Source: Zygnema circumcarinatum SAG 698-1b (lineage: Eukaryota; Plantae; Zygnematophyceae). From it: a stretch of DNA of 64,000 bases. The stretch's first letter is position 1. The number at the start of each line of letters is the position of its first letter. The notes under the pieces were generated by a model that searched no databases, had not been told where the DNA came from, and worked only from the letters and a program-made list of their open reading frames with translations. The translations under genes were made by a program, and so were the position numbers. Below, in pieces: positions 1 through 13,841 of this stretch. The stretch is taken from assembly GCA_037447605.1 (NCBI GenBank), contig CM074808.1, positions 310,001 to 374,000 on the forward strand. The letters are read 5' to 3'.

Positions 1-815
1 GGAGCTTGTCCAGGCTTTGAAGTTTCCCCACAACGGCGGGGATTGATCCGTTCAAACCAGTTCCGCTCAGATCCCTGCAACCCCGATAGGTTTACAGTTT
101 AGACTCTTAGCTGCAGATGCATGCCATGCCATGCCATGTCATGCAAATCCCATGGCATGCCATGCGCTACCACATGACCATAGGCAGAGGCATGAAGGGC
201 TTACAGGACGGTGACAGCATTGCTGGAGTTGCAGATGATGCCGAGCCATGAGCCATCGCAGGGGTCCTCAGAGGCCCACGTGGACAGTGTGTCCACATCC
301 TGAACGAATGCGGCTTTGAAGCTTTTGAGCAATGCGGCTGCACATGAAGGGGATGGATAGTCAGATTATGGTGATGATTCAGTAGAATATTATTTTTGAC
401 AGGAAAACAAATCGGCTCCAGTGAAAGGGTTAACCGAAGGCAGCTTCAAGTGCTCCGATTTCACCAAGGCTGGGATTGAGAAAAGTAATGCTATGAAGAG
501 TTTGTAATGTAAGCGTTTCTCGTATGTTATGAAGCTTCTATTTCACTGCTTTGAAAAAAGAAAACATTAGGCTACACTGCAGAGCTGAGCGCAACAGAAA
601 GGAAGGAAGTTGAAGTTTTAAAATTTTATCCTCCCAGATATCATCTTTAGCAAAGATAGGATGATTGCCATCGTCATATCATGGAGTTTTATTAAATAAA
701 ATGCCACTCTAAAAAGAAGGATCTTTACAATACCTTGAGAGTCTGCGCCTGCTCCCTGAAAGAGTTGAACGCGAAGCAGCAAAATCAGTAAGCTGATGCC
801 CTGTACCCGAGTCAT
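1..815 (-). CDS. LRR receptor-like kinase/protein, 5' part only (continues off the left edge)
   Basis: Exon 815-734 encodes a signal peptide (MTRVQGISLLILLLRVQLFQGAGADSQ). Exon 337-205 (133 nt) encodes an LRRNT_2 cap (ALLKSFKAAF...WASEDPCDGSWLGIICNSSNAVTVL). The exon from 74 to the edge encodes a plant LRR (DLSGTGLNGSIPAVVGKLQSLDKL). GT-AG borders are phase-compatible. No kinase domain lies in the window. Confidence 0.85.
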
Positions 816-2595
816 CCTTCCTTTCAGCTTGTGGAGAACCATTTGAACCCTTTCCTCTCCTTGCAGGCCTGTTGCAAACACTCGCCCAAAATTTTTCCTT
901 CAGCCTTAGAACAGCCGGTGCCTAGTCCAGCCTACTGGGAATCCTGTAAAACTGTCGCTTTCCTGCAGACCTCTTCCAAATCCTCAACTGACTGTCCCCA
1001 AAAAGCAAGATAAGCTCCTTTCTAGATGCAACGACTGTGTATATGAAAATAAACAGTGCTTCTTGGAGCAGCCTCTCTGCCCTCCTGTCCTTAAGACACC
1101 CTCCTTTCGAATCCCTTCGCTCCCTCCCCCTCTCTCCCTCTCCCTTCTCTCTTCTCCCTCCCTCCCTTCCCTTTCCTCCCTCCCTTCCTACCACATTCTC
1201 CCTTCCTCCCTCTCCTCTCCTTCTCCTCTCCTTCGCCCTCGCCCTCCTCTCCCCCTCCTCTCCCTCTCCTCTCCCTCGCCCTCCCTCGCCCTCTATCCCT
1301 CCTACTCCCTCCTCTCCCTCCTCTTCCTCCTCCCTCTCCCTCTCCCTCCTCTCCCTCTCGCTCCTTTCCCTCCTCTCCCTCCTCTCCCTTCCTCTCCCAC
1401 TCCCTCCCTCTCCCTCCTCTCCCTCCTCTCCCTCTTCTCCCTCCTCTCCCTCCTCTCCCTCCTCTCCCTCCCACTCCTGGACGGCGCAAATGAGAGGGCG
1501 ACCCTTGAAGGGGCAGTGCGCCTCCCAACGGCTCTCAGTCCATCGGACGGCTCCCCGGAAATTACGGCCTTGAGATCGACGGTCCCCAGCGCCTCGCTGG
1601 CGCCCTAAAACGGCCGCCTCTCTGCCGCCTGTCGCGCCTAAAATTTGAATTTTTGAAGTACTCGTCCGTACGGTGTTAGTTGGCAAACGTGAAAAACGTG
1701 CAGGAAGTCTTCAGCCAATCACGTCGTCACAAGTGCCATTTGTGCCAACATCTCTCCAGAGGGCCACGTGGATGAACTGAACTTTGTAAAATTCCCCTGG
1801 AGGGTGCTATATGCGCGCGTTATATGGTTCTGAAAATTTGGCAGTTGAACGGGGAACATATTTATTGGGCATGGAACGGCTCAGTTTGAACGCTTGGAAA
1901 CGGGGTCGACCACCTGGTTTCTGGAACGGCCAAGTTTGCAACTTTCTTACGTTTGCTGACGTCATCATCCTCTCCCTTCCCCCTCACTGAAATCTCCCCG
2001 CCCTCCAAATTTCCAAATTTTTCAAATTTATTTTTGTGCCTTTTCCTCCTGCTTGGGTTCCAACCGGGTTTGTTTTTCTTATTTTTTTTCCTAGGGAAAA
2101 AAAATTAGCAGTAGCCAATTGGTTGTGTTCATGTATAATTATTTTTTGTCCTCATTAATTTGGTCTTGTTTTCTTTATTAAATTTGGTCGGCAGTTTGGT
2201 CTGTTTGTTAAACGGTCGACATAACCACAGAGTACAGAGCAGCCCCAGATAGATGCACACCGAAGTAGTTAAAAATTTGGATGCTTTGGAGGCTGCTAAC
2301 AACCGGCCATTCGCCCTCTCTTTCACTGAACAACAGCTTTATTTTAAACAGGATTCAAGCCCCCCGCCTTCTTGCAAAGAAAGAAAAAAAAACAAACAAA
2401 CAAACAGACAAACCAAGCAAAAAAACAAACTGTATTTCAGCTTTTTACAAAACTAAGTCATATCTATCCAAAGCCCTGAGATGAGAGGTAACCCCTTACC
2501 TCCAAAACCCTAGCTCTGTTGATGACAGTCTTTCCTTGGACCATAGTGTAACCCTTCAATCATCAAAATGTTACCGTCTATAGATTTTTTTACAC

Positions 2596-3692
2596 TCAAT
2601 CTGTCGTCATCTCAGCCATTCGCGACCGCTCTTGAATCTCTTCGTTTTGTTCCTTCTCATAGACCTTACCAACATCATCACTTGCTTCAGCCCTCCCTTC
2701 TCCTGCCTTGCCTTTGGCTTCTTCCCATGTCGCCATGGGGTCATCCAAGGCACGCTGAACAGTCTCGTCAGGGATAACGCCCTTCTTCTTTGCCTGATCT
2801 AATGCACTATCTCCAAGATCAGTCATCACTTTTGAAGTCTGCTCAGTAGCAAGCATTCGCCGTGGGAGTGCAGGTCTTGAGATGCTTCCAGGAGTGTTCC
2901 CGCCTGCAGCGAACGTTGAAGCAGGAGGTTTGTCCGATCATTTTTTGAGAAACAGGCAGCAACTTATAGAAAGAAAATTGACTAAAGAAACGATCTGGAC
3001 GACAGGCATGCAAGAGATGGCAAAGCATGGAATTTGGATGCTTTGGACAAAGGATAGATTGAAACAGGGCCTTCTTCAAAAAAATAGAAATCTAACTGCA
3101 ATGTAATGTCTGTACTCGTCACCGCAAGAAAACGACCAGCCGTCAAATTTTTACATAAAATCTGCCTGATGAAAGTAACGCAATTAAGCAGAGTATAGCT
3201 TGTTATAAATCGAATCCTATGCATTTTCTGGTTATTCTCACGGTTGAACTCGGCATAGTTTCTCGACATACAGCAAGCAAAGGAAATCAGCTGTACGAGT
3301 TCAGTTTCGTTTGTTGTTCAACTGAGTATACCAAGAGCAAGCACGGTCTATGAGAAAAATCAAGAGTCTTCAACTAACGCAAGAAAAATATAAAAATTCT
3401 GGTCCTAATTTTTCCGCTCACTGCAAAAAATCCACACCTTGCAGCAGCATATAAAAAAAAAAACTGGTCACAGATACCATCAATACTGAACCATGTGAAG
3501 CAAACCGTCACAGTTTCCAAGTTTCCATATCTCAAAACGAAGAATCTCTCACAATTATAAGTCCAAAATCTAGTAAAAAATGTATCTATATTTTTTTATC
3601 CCTTCCATGGAAACAAGAAAAGAAATCGTACCAAAGCACCCTGCCGTCCTTGCAATTGCAAGAGTGAAGCTCCTTCCAATGGCAGGCGCCAT
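2596..3692 (-). CDS. small hydrophilic protein with transit-peptide-like N-terminus (LEA-like composition, function unknown)
   Basis: Exon 3692-3632 (MAPAIGRSFTLAIARTAGCF, G|GTACG, phase 1) joins exon 2903-2596 (TGCAG acceptor, phase 1) to give ...RPALPRRMLATEQTSKVMTDLGDSALDQAKKKG...ATWEEAKGKAGEG...TTD*. Extra internal exons are possible. Confidence 0.45.
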
Positions 3693-4049
3693 GAAGACTG
3701 CTTATTTCTTCAAAAATATCGAATATTTTGCGAGCGGGAAAGAAATAATCGTCTGTAATAATCGTTAATAATCGTTCCCCTTCTGTCGAATCCTCCTCCC
3801 CTCCCCTCTCTTATATTCAAGAGGAAGTCAGTGCCAGCCGCCACTACAGCAGCGGAGAAAGCACTTCAGTTTTTTCTCTCCACAGGCGGCAGCATGCAGC
3901 CTTCACTCTTGTTAAGTGCCTTCCTTCCTTAAACAATTGAAGCACATGCAGGAGCAGAGGCAGAAGGAGGAGGAGGAACAGAGGCAGAAGCGGAACCAGA
4001 AAAATAAAAATGAGGATGAGAAAGAAGAAGAGGAGAGATGAATGAGAAG

Positions 4050-4088
<39 letters not shown>

Positions 4089-4777
4089 CGAGCGTGAGAG
4101 AGAGAGACGCTTCGCTGCGCGCCACGCGGCAGAAAATCACTGCACTTTCCGTACGTGGTTACCAAATCCGCCACGGATGACGGACGGCTTTGCCGATCCG
4201 TTGCCTAAAACGTCACCGTCGACTGAATATGACGTCACATTAATATGATGACGTACGAAGTCCTCCATGAACCATGCGACAATGTTCAACGACGGTGCGA
4301 GTTTTCGGTGTCCAGTTTCCTGGTTTGCTGTGAAAAAACTGAAACAGGGCTCGACTCTGATCTTTCGCCCTATCCCATCTGTGAACTTTGCAACTTTTTG
4401 ACGGCGGGACTGGCCCTCATTTCAGACAAAAAATAAGTTCTTAAGCTCTGTGCTTACGGTGCAGGGTAAATCCTTGTCCTTGCAGGCCTTAAAACGTCCC
4501 TCGTCCCAGTCCCTCGTGGTTTCACATGTTGCTTTTGTCCATGTACAATTGATTTCCTCGCCATCGTGAGTTCAACGTAACTCATAGGAAGATGCTATCA
4601 TTATAATCATATCTCATATCATTCTGCTTCCTTGCATGACAACTTCAGAGAGTCATGCGACCACTTCGGCATCTCCTCCCCCCCCCCCCCTATAGACATG
4701 ACTGACTGACTGACTGACCAAGAGCCGGCCTTCTTCTGTGACTTTCACTTCACGTAGCATTAAAAGGAGTAAGAAAG

Positions 4778-7700
4778 TTAAATTCTGACAATTTTGACTT
4801 TAGCATTTTGCGTAAGGTCAACTTTTCCGGCATGGCCCTGCTGGGGCCCCATCAATATAGTGACGTCAGCATATGTTCCTCCATTTAAGCCCTTTGCCAG
4901 GCGACCCGGATTGATGCAAATTGGAGAGAGTCCTTCCGTTGTCGAAAGAGTGGGCTCCTCCCCTGATGTTGGGGGTGGTGGGGGCAGCGACACTTGGGGC
5001 AACACCTGCACCTCCACATCAGACATATATTCATTTCCTGCTTCGCCTCTCTTTTTCTCGCGCTCTGTCTCTCACGCTCTCCCTCTCACTTGCCGTACTC
5101 CATTTCTCCCCCTCCCCCTCCTCTGTCTGTCTCGATTTCTGTCGACCTCTCCGTCTTCTTCTCTCCTCCCGCTCGCTCGTCCACCCTCTCCCTCTCTTTT
5201 TCCCTCACTGTGCCCCTCTTCCTCTCCTTTTCCCTCTCCCCTCTCTCGCCCTTCGCTCCCTCTCCTTTTCGCTCTCCCTCTTCCTCTCCCTCCCCCCCTT
5301 CTCCCTCCCTCTTTCGATCTCTCGCTTTCTCAGCACACATTGCCAACTTCTAGTCGTGGCTCCCTCCGAGACAACACTCACCTTGACGAAAGGCGCAAGG
5401 TCAGAGGGGAGCAGAAGCATATGCGGTGTGAACGGAAGCTTCAGAGCAGTCGGAGACATGGACATGTCGAGGGGGGTCCCGGCATAGGGGGGAAAGAGAG
5501 GATAGAAGCTGCAGAATCCGTCATAGCTCAGTCAATACTCACATAGGCTTTCAACACCAAATCCCCCTTGTAAAAAAGCTCCTACATACACAATCTTTGC
5601 ACTTCATGCCGATTCAAACAAGCGCGTTCTTGTTAACAGCATCATCCCATCCTTCCCTGCTTTTGCATTTTGTTGGATGTCTAGAGATTATGAATGTTAC
5701 CTCTGCTGCCCAATCAAATGAGAGGCCAATCTCCCTACTCGGTCTGGAGGGGCCGCACCCGCGGGGTTCCGGGAAACTTCCTCACTGCTGAGGTGGCGCA
5801 AGATATCCATGGAGGTTGCGACAACGCCAACCTGCAATGCCCCCCAATAGATGCACAAAAAATGCCATAATTTGATCTTTCAGTATGTGCATTAGGAGTT
5901 GGTTCATTCAACTAACAGCAAAGGATGTGAGATACGGGGGAGTCAGGAGAATCTCTGCTTACAGTGCTCGAATTGACAGGGACGGAGAGGGTGTAGGGAG
6001 AGACGGTGGAGAAGAGAGAGGGAGCGAGGGAGGGAGTGGGCGCAAAACTAAGGATAAAATCTGTCAAACGACTATTTTCATTGACAATCACGCATATGTA
6101 AAGAGAAGAAGTTTAACCTACCTCTCCAATAGTGAAGACTCCTGGGTTGCCAAGTGTCAGTATTTGGTTTGCAGGAACTTCCCAGTCCTCTCGGTTGAAT
6201 GGGGGCTGTTCGTCACAAGCAGAACAGCAAGATGGAACACAATGTCAAAAGTAACTCCAAAATTTCTTGACACTGAAAAGGCCGGCGCATTTCCTATTGC
6301 TTTACAGTTGCCTACCTGGGGAAATATCACGTCGTGATGCGCATCTCTGATCGAAGGAAGTAAAATCACTTTTGCTTCATCTCCGACTTCTTCACAGTAC
6401 ATCTCCACCTGAAGTCGCCATACCCAACAACACAAAATGAATCAGCACCTGAAAGCACGTAAACCTCCTCGCTTTGTTTGTTTCCCTCCAAAAAAGTCCA
6501 TTGCCAGATCAGGAGTGAGTTAGTTAAATTGACGAAAGTCGATGCAAATGCTTCACATGATGCTCAAATGGTTCTTCATTGAGGAACGAGAAAAGAAAAG
6601 GGAAATTAGACAGGCAACAGAAAATGGAAAAGATCGGCATGATTACCCGTTGTCGAACTTGCTTCTGAAAAATCTGTTCAAAGGGGACATCAAGAGTTCC
6701 GTCCTTGACTTTCGGATGCTCCGAGTCAACAAATGGGCCAATCTACAAATTCCACAGTAGTAAAGCACACGCTTTCGAAGGTTAGATTGTAAACTGACGT
6801 ATATACCACACATGAAAGTGCTGATCAAGTAAATATATGCATACTCTATTGCCTACAGCGGGTTCGATAAGCGTTATGGATTACAGGTAAGTTTTCTCAC
6901 CAACATCAAGACATCAGGTTGTTTTTCTTTCGCAAGTTTGAGAAGTTCCTGCAGTGGTTCAAATGCCAGGTTTTCGCCAGTAGTGAAAGGACCAGCTGCA
7001 ACCATCTGCCGAAGTAGAACAAATGTATAAGGCGATTTGGAGAATGTGAAGCTCCGAAATCACTTTCCTACAATTGTTGGGTATTCGCACATACAGAAGA
7101 TGCTGATGCTGATGCTTACCATCAGAAAGTTATTGAAGGACAGACTTTTTAATTTTTTCTTCTGAAATCAGGAGGTGAGGGAACCCAAAATATAAGTTCG
7201 TCGGTCTGACCATGTGAAAAGGTGCTGGTTGGGTACTTGGAGAGATATTTCCTCCTTCCGTCTTCTCTTTAACCTTCGTTGGACTCAGCTCCTTGTCCTC
7301 TCCCGTAATTGGCGGCGGTTTCCACATCGGAAGCGGAAGAGAATCAATGATTTGCGATGCCATAAGGCAAAAGCCGCTTGGGTTTTCTCCTCGAACTGCA
7401 ACTATCTGCATTGCAGGTCAGCATCAGTTACTACACTAGAGACACAGAGCGAGAAAGAGAGAGGTTTAGAAGGAGAGAGCGAGAGGAACGAGGCGGTGCG
7501 CGAAATGGAGGATGGCAGAAGCAGGATGCCACTTCAGAAATGGTCCTGACCTGGCCTGGGAATAGTGAGAAGGTTGGAATGTTGCGAAGGTCCAACCGAA
7601 TTCGATGTCCATGGCCATATTGCACACTGCACAGTTACCCTGTGTCAGCACAAAAGTCCTTTTGAAATTATTGCTTTTGTTGACTACGATGAACTGCGAC

Positions 7701-9726
7701 AACTGCAATATTTCTCGCGAAAGCCAGTAGAGTTGCATGCTGTCAACGTGGTTGCTAGGAAATTTCCTTGAGCCACCCTGATTGAACTTCATTCTCGCCT
7801 TTATCATGACTTGAGATATGAACTTTATCTTGGATAGTACAGGAACAAAAACCTAAGTCGGCGTTATTTCGTTCTGTTTTTGGATGGTTGCAGCCCACCT
7901 GGCTTCCAGGACAAGCGATTTATCATTTAATCGTCCACCTTCAGCTTCACAGCAAATCCGCCCAACAACCATTGCAGTTTCCTGCAAAAGCTCGCAATGC
8001 AAATGTTTGAAATGGCAGTCTTACCTTCTGAATCAATGAAAGGTCAGACAATATTAGTACAATGTGCTGGAAGCAGGTTGACATTCAATTAACTAACGCA
8101 GAATTGAGATAGGTGTCGGGCTCTGAAGGGACTTTAATTAGACTAGGTGAAACGCACGATCTCAGAAGGAGAATGTTGACGTTTTCCAGCATGAGTACTG
8201 AATGTACCTGACAAGCATAGAAATTCTGCTTTGACGGCTCAAAATTGTCGACAACTTCCGCCAATGTTTGTGTAAATGCAACAATTTGCTCGTTCAATGC
8301 CTTGAACTGCAGGAAACACAGCCGCACCAAATTGAACAATAAAACCCTATCAGTCTCTCACACACCATCTTCCCACACTCCTCTGTTTGTTCGTCCCCTC
8401 GTGCTTACCATCCCTCCCACATTGACTTCCATACTTACTCGTTCTTCCAGCTGGTCGCACATGTAACGACAGCCTGGCTTCACCGCAACTCCCTCAGACG
8501 ATATTTGGGACAATTCCATCGACTCCCTCTTCCGCTTTCTTCCATTTGCATGCCCATTGGAGTCTGACGGGAGAACGTTCAAGCTGTCGTTGACGACAGA
8601 GACGACAGTTCCCTGGTTGGTTCTCCTTGTAAATGCAGTAGTAGATTGCTCGTCGCTGTTCTCAGTCTGTAATTTTGCTCCACTTGATGATTCCGAGGCA
8701 GGGAGTTTATGCGCCTCTTCATCTCCTTCGCCGTTTACTTTTTTGCGAGGGTCAATTAGGTTCTGAATTTTTTTTGAAGGAGGCTGTTTTGAATGATCGA
8801 TATCAGTCGTGGCGTAGCTGGAAGGATGCGTCGGGATCTTCTCCGTATACCTTGGATTCAAGTTAAAGAATATCATAGAAGGATGCTCTTCTACATAGTT
8901 CTTTGTGGCTAGAGCAGTGAGATAGGCATTTACACATAAAAGCAGCAAAAGTTGACATACGAGATGTTAAGGACTTCTTGGGAAAGGGGAGAGATGGGAA
9001 GAAATCAAGCGACAGATACTCGTCGAGTGAGTCCTTTGTGTAGAAATGCAATCCGGCTGCATGTTCCTTCTTCACTAAGGTTGCTTTCTCTTCAGATGTT
9101 AAATGTGCCCGGAAGGATGGAAGGCGAGCATTCTTCACTACACCATCTTGAACCTGCCTGCACACACATTAGTCACAAACTAAAGAATTTTGGTCGGGTT
9201 GGAAAAAGCATATAGTCAGGCGATATTTGCCAAAAACGAGCCTCATGAAAGAGGCGGCATGGCTTGCATATCTGCTTTTAAAGGACAAAACAAAAGCTGA
9301 ATTGCATAAGGAACGTACTCGTTGAGGGCAAAGACTTCCCAGCTATCGGCCAAGTCAGCAGGCTCGAGCCGATAAGCAGCACATAGGGAGGCGCCTGCAG
9401 CCATTCAAAGCATCAGCAGAAAACTGCTTTGTTTAACACGAAGAAAGGGCAATGACTGCAACAGGAAAGAGAGGAGTAAGATAAAAAAACATCGCACGGG
9501 AAAAGACGTCAACATCCGTCTCATAAAAGCAGGGAGGAAAGAAGGGAGGGTGGGAGGGAAGGGGGGGAGGAAAGGCGGGAAGGAAGGGAGGGANNNNNNN
9601 NNNGGGAGGGAGGGAGGGAGGGAGGGGATGCTCTCTGCGTCACTTGCAATTGGAAGCAGCTTCATCATCCTCAAATTCGATGTTTCTTTCTTGAAACTCC
9701 TGCTTCAGTTCATTCAGGATGGACAT
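4778..9726 (-). CDS. POLA2: DNA polymerase alpha subunit B (multi-exon)
   Basis: Spliced motifs: MSILNELKQEF...CASLCAAYRLEPADLADSWEVFALN; PGCRYM; VVGRICCEAEGGRLNDKS; FSLFPGQIVAVRGENPSG; VAAGPFTT; IGPFVDSEHP; LLPSIRDAHHDVIFPQ; FYPLFPP; TPHMLLLPSDLAPFVK; CINPGRLAKGLNGGTYA...VKIVRI*. Intron 1 has a GC donor at 9647-9646. Confidence 0.95.
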
Positions 9727-10138
9727 TTTTCAAACCCTAAAAACGCACACAATTTTAACAAAAAATGTCTGTATGCAAAAAGTATTACAACGGAGTAGTG
9801 CTGCTTGGAGGACCGCAAAAGTCTTAAAAAAAATAAATGAAAGGATTTAAAGATGTAATAGGCAGAGACTACTGAGTAGTAAGAGGGTGTGATAAGCAGG
9901 AAAGTAATGTACTGAGAAAAGAATGCCCTCTCAGATGTGCATCTCTATTTCTCTCTCACTCCCTCCTCTCCCTTCTCCTCTCGCCCTTCCCTCCTCCCCC
10001 TCCCTCTCGCACTCTTAATCTCCCTCCCTCTCCCTTTCCCTCTCCTTCTCCCTCTCCCTCTCGCACTCCCTCTCCCTCTTCCTCTCCTTCCAAATTTTTT
10101 AGTGAGCTTCCGCGAAGCTGCCGAGGGGCTGCCTCCCG

Positions 10139-10150
10139 TTCCCGCCAAAA
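10139..10150. promoter_or_regulatory. candidate E2F-binding site (TTCCCGCCAAAA) in the POLA2 / SNF2-HNH bidirectional promoter
   Basis: The reverse complement TTTTGGCGGGAA matches the E2F consensus. It lies between two divergent replication and fork-repair genes. Confidence 0.55.
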
Positions 10151-10198
10151 CCTGCAATCGGAGTTAAACACTCTTCTGCATTGTGTCTACCACATGAG

Positions 10199-10668
10199 CA
10201 TCCTCCGATAGCGACACGTCATGTCTTATTATGTACACGTGGCACGCTATCATTGGAAGGTGCTCGCTAGATAAGTGTCTTTAGCGCAGGCTCACGCCTG
10301 TTTCTCTCGATCACCTCCAATAGGTACGCGCCACGCTAGATTTGTGTACACGTGTCACTCTCCCATTGGAATTGCTCTCTTGATTTAACCGTTAGCGCAG
10401 GCTGCGGAGCAGGGTCAAGCTTCACGCCCTTTCTCTCGACCACCTCCAATAGGTACGCGCCATGTTAGATTTGTCTACACGTGTCACTCTATAATTGGGG
10501 ATGCTCGCTTGATAGTGCCGTTAGCGAAGGCTGTGTAGCAGGGTCAAGCTCTCGACTACCTCCAATAGGAACGCGACACGTCAGATTAACGTACACGTTT
10601 CCATTGGAAGATGGTCGCTCGATAGTGCCGTTAGCGCAGGCTGGGTAGCAGGTTCAAGCCTCACTACG
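10199..10668. repeat. degenerate tandem repeat, 4 units of about 110-130 bp
   Basis: Units start near 10199, 10312, 10441 and 10557. Shared core: CCTCCAATAG..CGCGCCACG..GATT..TACACGT..ATTGG..GCTCGCT.GATA..TTAGCGCAGGCT. Confidence 0.85.
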
Positions 10669-10986
10669 TTTATAGAGTTTCTGAACTCCAGCTCCTTTAC
10701 TCAGACGATTGAGTTGTGTTGAGCTCAGGATGGCGGCGCCATAACAGTGCAGTATCTAGTACTGTATGTAGGAATAAAAATCCTGTTAAAAAAAAAAGCA
10801 TTATCTGGAACCCTAATTTACATACTCGGCATAAAGCAATGGAATGTCAGCGTTTCAAGGAAGTCGAGTCTTACAGCAAAGTTTGTGATCCCAAATGGCT
10901 TTCAAGAGGAAGAAACAACCCTATAAGGCACAATTCTTGTATGTTTTGCAGCGAGAAGATGCAGATTGTATAGTCTAGGAGCCGAG

Positions 10987-13569
10987 ATGAAGGCGTCCGC
11001 TCTCACAGACGAGCAGAGGCTGCGGATGGAGATGAACCGGCAGAGAGCTCTCGCGAAGCGGGTGGCCAGCAGTTGTGCAGCTGCTCCAGAACTGAACATT
11101 TCCCTTTCAAATTCTGGTATAGCTCACAAAGCTGCTGACATCGCATTTAAAACGGGCCATTCACATCTACCTCAATTGAAGTCCCTGCAAGTGATACCAA
11201 ACCCTAATTACAGCATTCTCGCGACTAATGCGGATGATTCTCTATCATTTTGCGTGGACCAGCGTGACGTTTTTAGGGTTGCAGAGAGTGATTCTGGAGC
11301 TGAGAAACACTGCAATGGTTGGGAGCCTGCAAGTCCTGAACATGCGAGCCCGAAGCAGCAAAATCGTAGAAGAGCTTCGAAATATCCGAGCCCTCAACAA
11401 GCCCTTCCTGTCAAACGCCTGCGTTCCCTCTCTCTTGGGCCCTGTTTGGAGCGTTGCTCTGCCAATGAGAAAAATGTTTGCCACTCCTTGCTGCTTTTAG
11501 ACCGTGAAGAGACGGAGAAATGTGATCGTCAATCGCATATTCTTGATCAGCATAAGGCGCATTTATTATTGAGGCAAGTTGATAAGTGTGAGTCTGCACC
11601 GGCACAATCTGTTTCCACGAGATGGAGTCTCAGAAAATGTAATAATATGTTTCAAGAAATCGAAGTAGGTGGAGCACCACTTTGGAACAACAATGGAGAC
11701 ATAAAGCATGCTTCAGAAGGAGGTTCAGTCCCCCATGCACTGCTGGAAAATCTGCAAGAAGACAGCCCAGGCCCTTCTGATTTTCTTTTCCCTGGTCAAG
11801 CAGAAAGAAGTAGTGAATTTCGGCAATACCTTCCTTCAAACATCCAGCGCATGAGTCTACATGATGGAAGGGATCACCAACCGGAATTAGACTTTATTCA
11901 GAAGTCATCCCCTTTAGTGCCATCCCCTTTAATGCCAGCTCCACTCACAGTTGGCCTAGAGCTCTGCTCATCTACTGAATTTGCAGTTTTTGCTGAGTGG
12001 ATAGATACGCCAAGGCGGCCTCCTTCGACTGGCTTTGAAAGGCATATACGAGATTTTGATCCAGCTGAGAGAAACACAAGTAGACAGAAAGAAGCGATGC
12101 CACCTGAACAGGGAAGTTGCAGCGTAGGTGCACGCACACCTTACCTGTCGGAGGAAGAAAATGCAAAGAGCGAGGAGGATCACAGGGAGCTTCCAGACGC
12201 GTCATCCTTTATCATCAAAGCTATCAAGGTTCGTCCTGGACAATGCAATGATACTTTCAAGAAATTCTATGGTTGCTGTGCTTTTTGCTTGTAGGATTTA
12301 CACCATTTTGGGAAGATCTCGACAATTACGTCGATGATGATAAACCGTAGCTGAATGGATTGGTCGATGACTTTATGCTTTATGGATGCCTTTAGTATCG
12401 TTATCTTGCCAAAAAATTCTTGAATAAACGAATTGCAAAAGAAACCTTTTATGAATGGAAAACTGATGTGCTTTGCCGAAGTAAATCGAAACGATGCTAA
12501 ACTATGTCTATTTAACCTCATTCAGGCACTTTTTCATGTTTTTTCCTAGCAAGGGGTTTGATGGGTTGACGTAAAGGACGCCTTCTGGAAATTGATCAAG
12601 AGCACCCATAATGTGATTCTTCCTGTACTGCCGAAAGAACTTCCAGTATTGTCCTTTTGTGGGCTCCTCATGATGTTTTGTTTGACTTGTCAGGCCACAA
12701 AGTTTCGTTGGATAGAGCAACTCGTTGAAGGCCGGTGGAGAAGGGCTCCTGCTTTTCCTCTTCAAGTTTACAACTCTGTTGCATCTTCGTTGAAAGTACT
12801 TCCAGATGTGCACTTGACACGTGTACCATTATCCACAATCAATGGCACAAGGCGGGCTCTTGCAATGGTATGCAAATATGATTTTTTTTTGTCGAGGAGA
12901 GCGATGGAAACATGTAACGTCAAAAGAAATATCTGTAGTACAGGCGATGATGAGAGAGGAGCACTCATAAGTGGAGAAGGAGATGCCTGCGAAGTAGCGG
13001 TGGCAGATGGTAGAGGGAGCATGGGAGATGAGGTACTACCACACCGACGAAGTGATGAAAAGCAGGCAGAAAAATCAAAAGCAGGAATTGAACCTCAGTA
13101 CGGGAAGAACAATCAACAAAAGAAAGAAAGGATAGAAAGTGAGTGGGAGAAGGAGGTGAAGGAGAGACTACCCCATAAGCTGGCGCGGGGTCTCCTCCCT
13201 TTTCAGAGGGAGGGATTGAGATTTGGTGTGGAAAGGGAGGGAAGGTGTCTTCTTGGAGATGAGATGGGAGTGGGGAAGACAGTGCAGGCCATTGCTCTTG
13301 CCGCGTGGTATAGGGAGGAGGGACCCTTACTGGTGGTTTGCCCTGCAAGTATGCGTCTCCCATGGGCCGATGAACTGGAAAGATGGTTGCCAGACCTTGA
13401 TCCCAGAGACATTCACATTGGCGAGTGTTTTCCCTCCCTCCTTCCCTTCCGCCTCCCCCCTCCCTCTATCAATCTCTTGCTTTCGCCCTCCCTTTCGCTC
13501 TCTCAATCTCTCCCGCTGGGAGGGAGCAGAGGGAGGGAGGGCGGTCAGAGAAGAGAGAGAGAGAGAGAG

Positions 13570-13659
<90 letters not shown>

Positions 13660-13753
13660 AGGGAGAGGGAGAGGGGGAGAGGGGGAGAGGGGGAGAGGGG
13701 GGGAGAGGGGAGAGGGGGAGAGGGGAGAGGGGGAGAGGGGGAGAGGGGGAGAG

Positions 13754-13841
<88 letters not shown>

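Noticed and set aside
922-1686. Long ORFs rich in SL/ER/GE or P (also at 13223-14084, 46042-47174, 51621-53063, 57884-58944 and elsewhere)
   Set aside because: They are translations of GA/CT microsatellites in introns, UTRs or intergenic DNA, which lack stop codons by composition.
10199-10668. CRISPR-like array (also considered 34741-35161)
   Set aside because: There are no unique spacers between identical repeats, no cas genes, and the context is eukaryotic.
12334-12470. C/D-like boxes in an intron of the SNF2-HNH gene
   Set aside because: No terminal stem and no well-placed D box.
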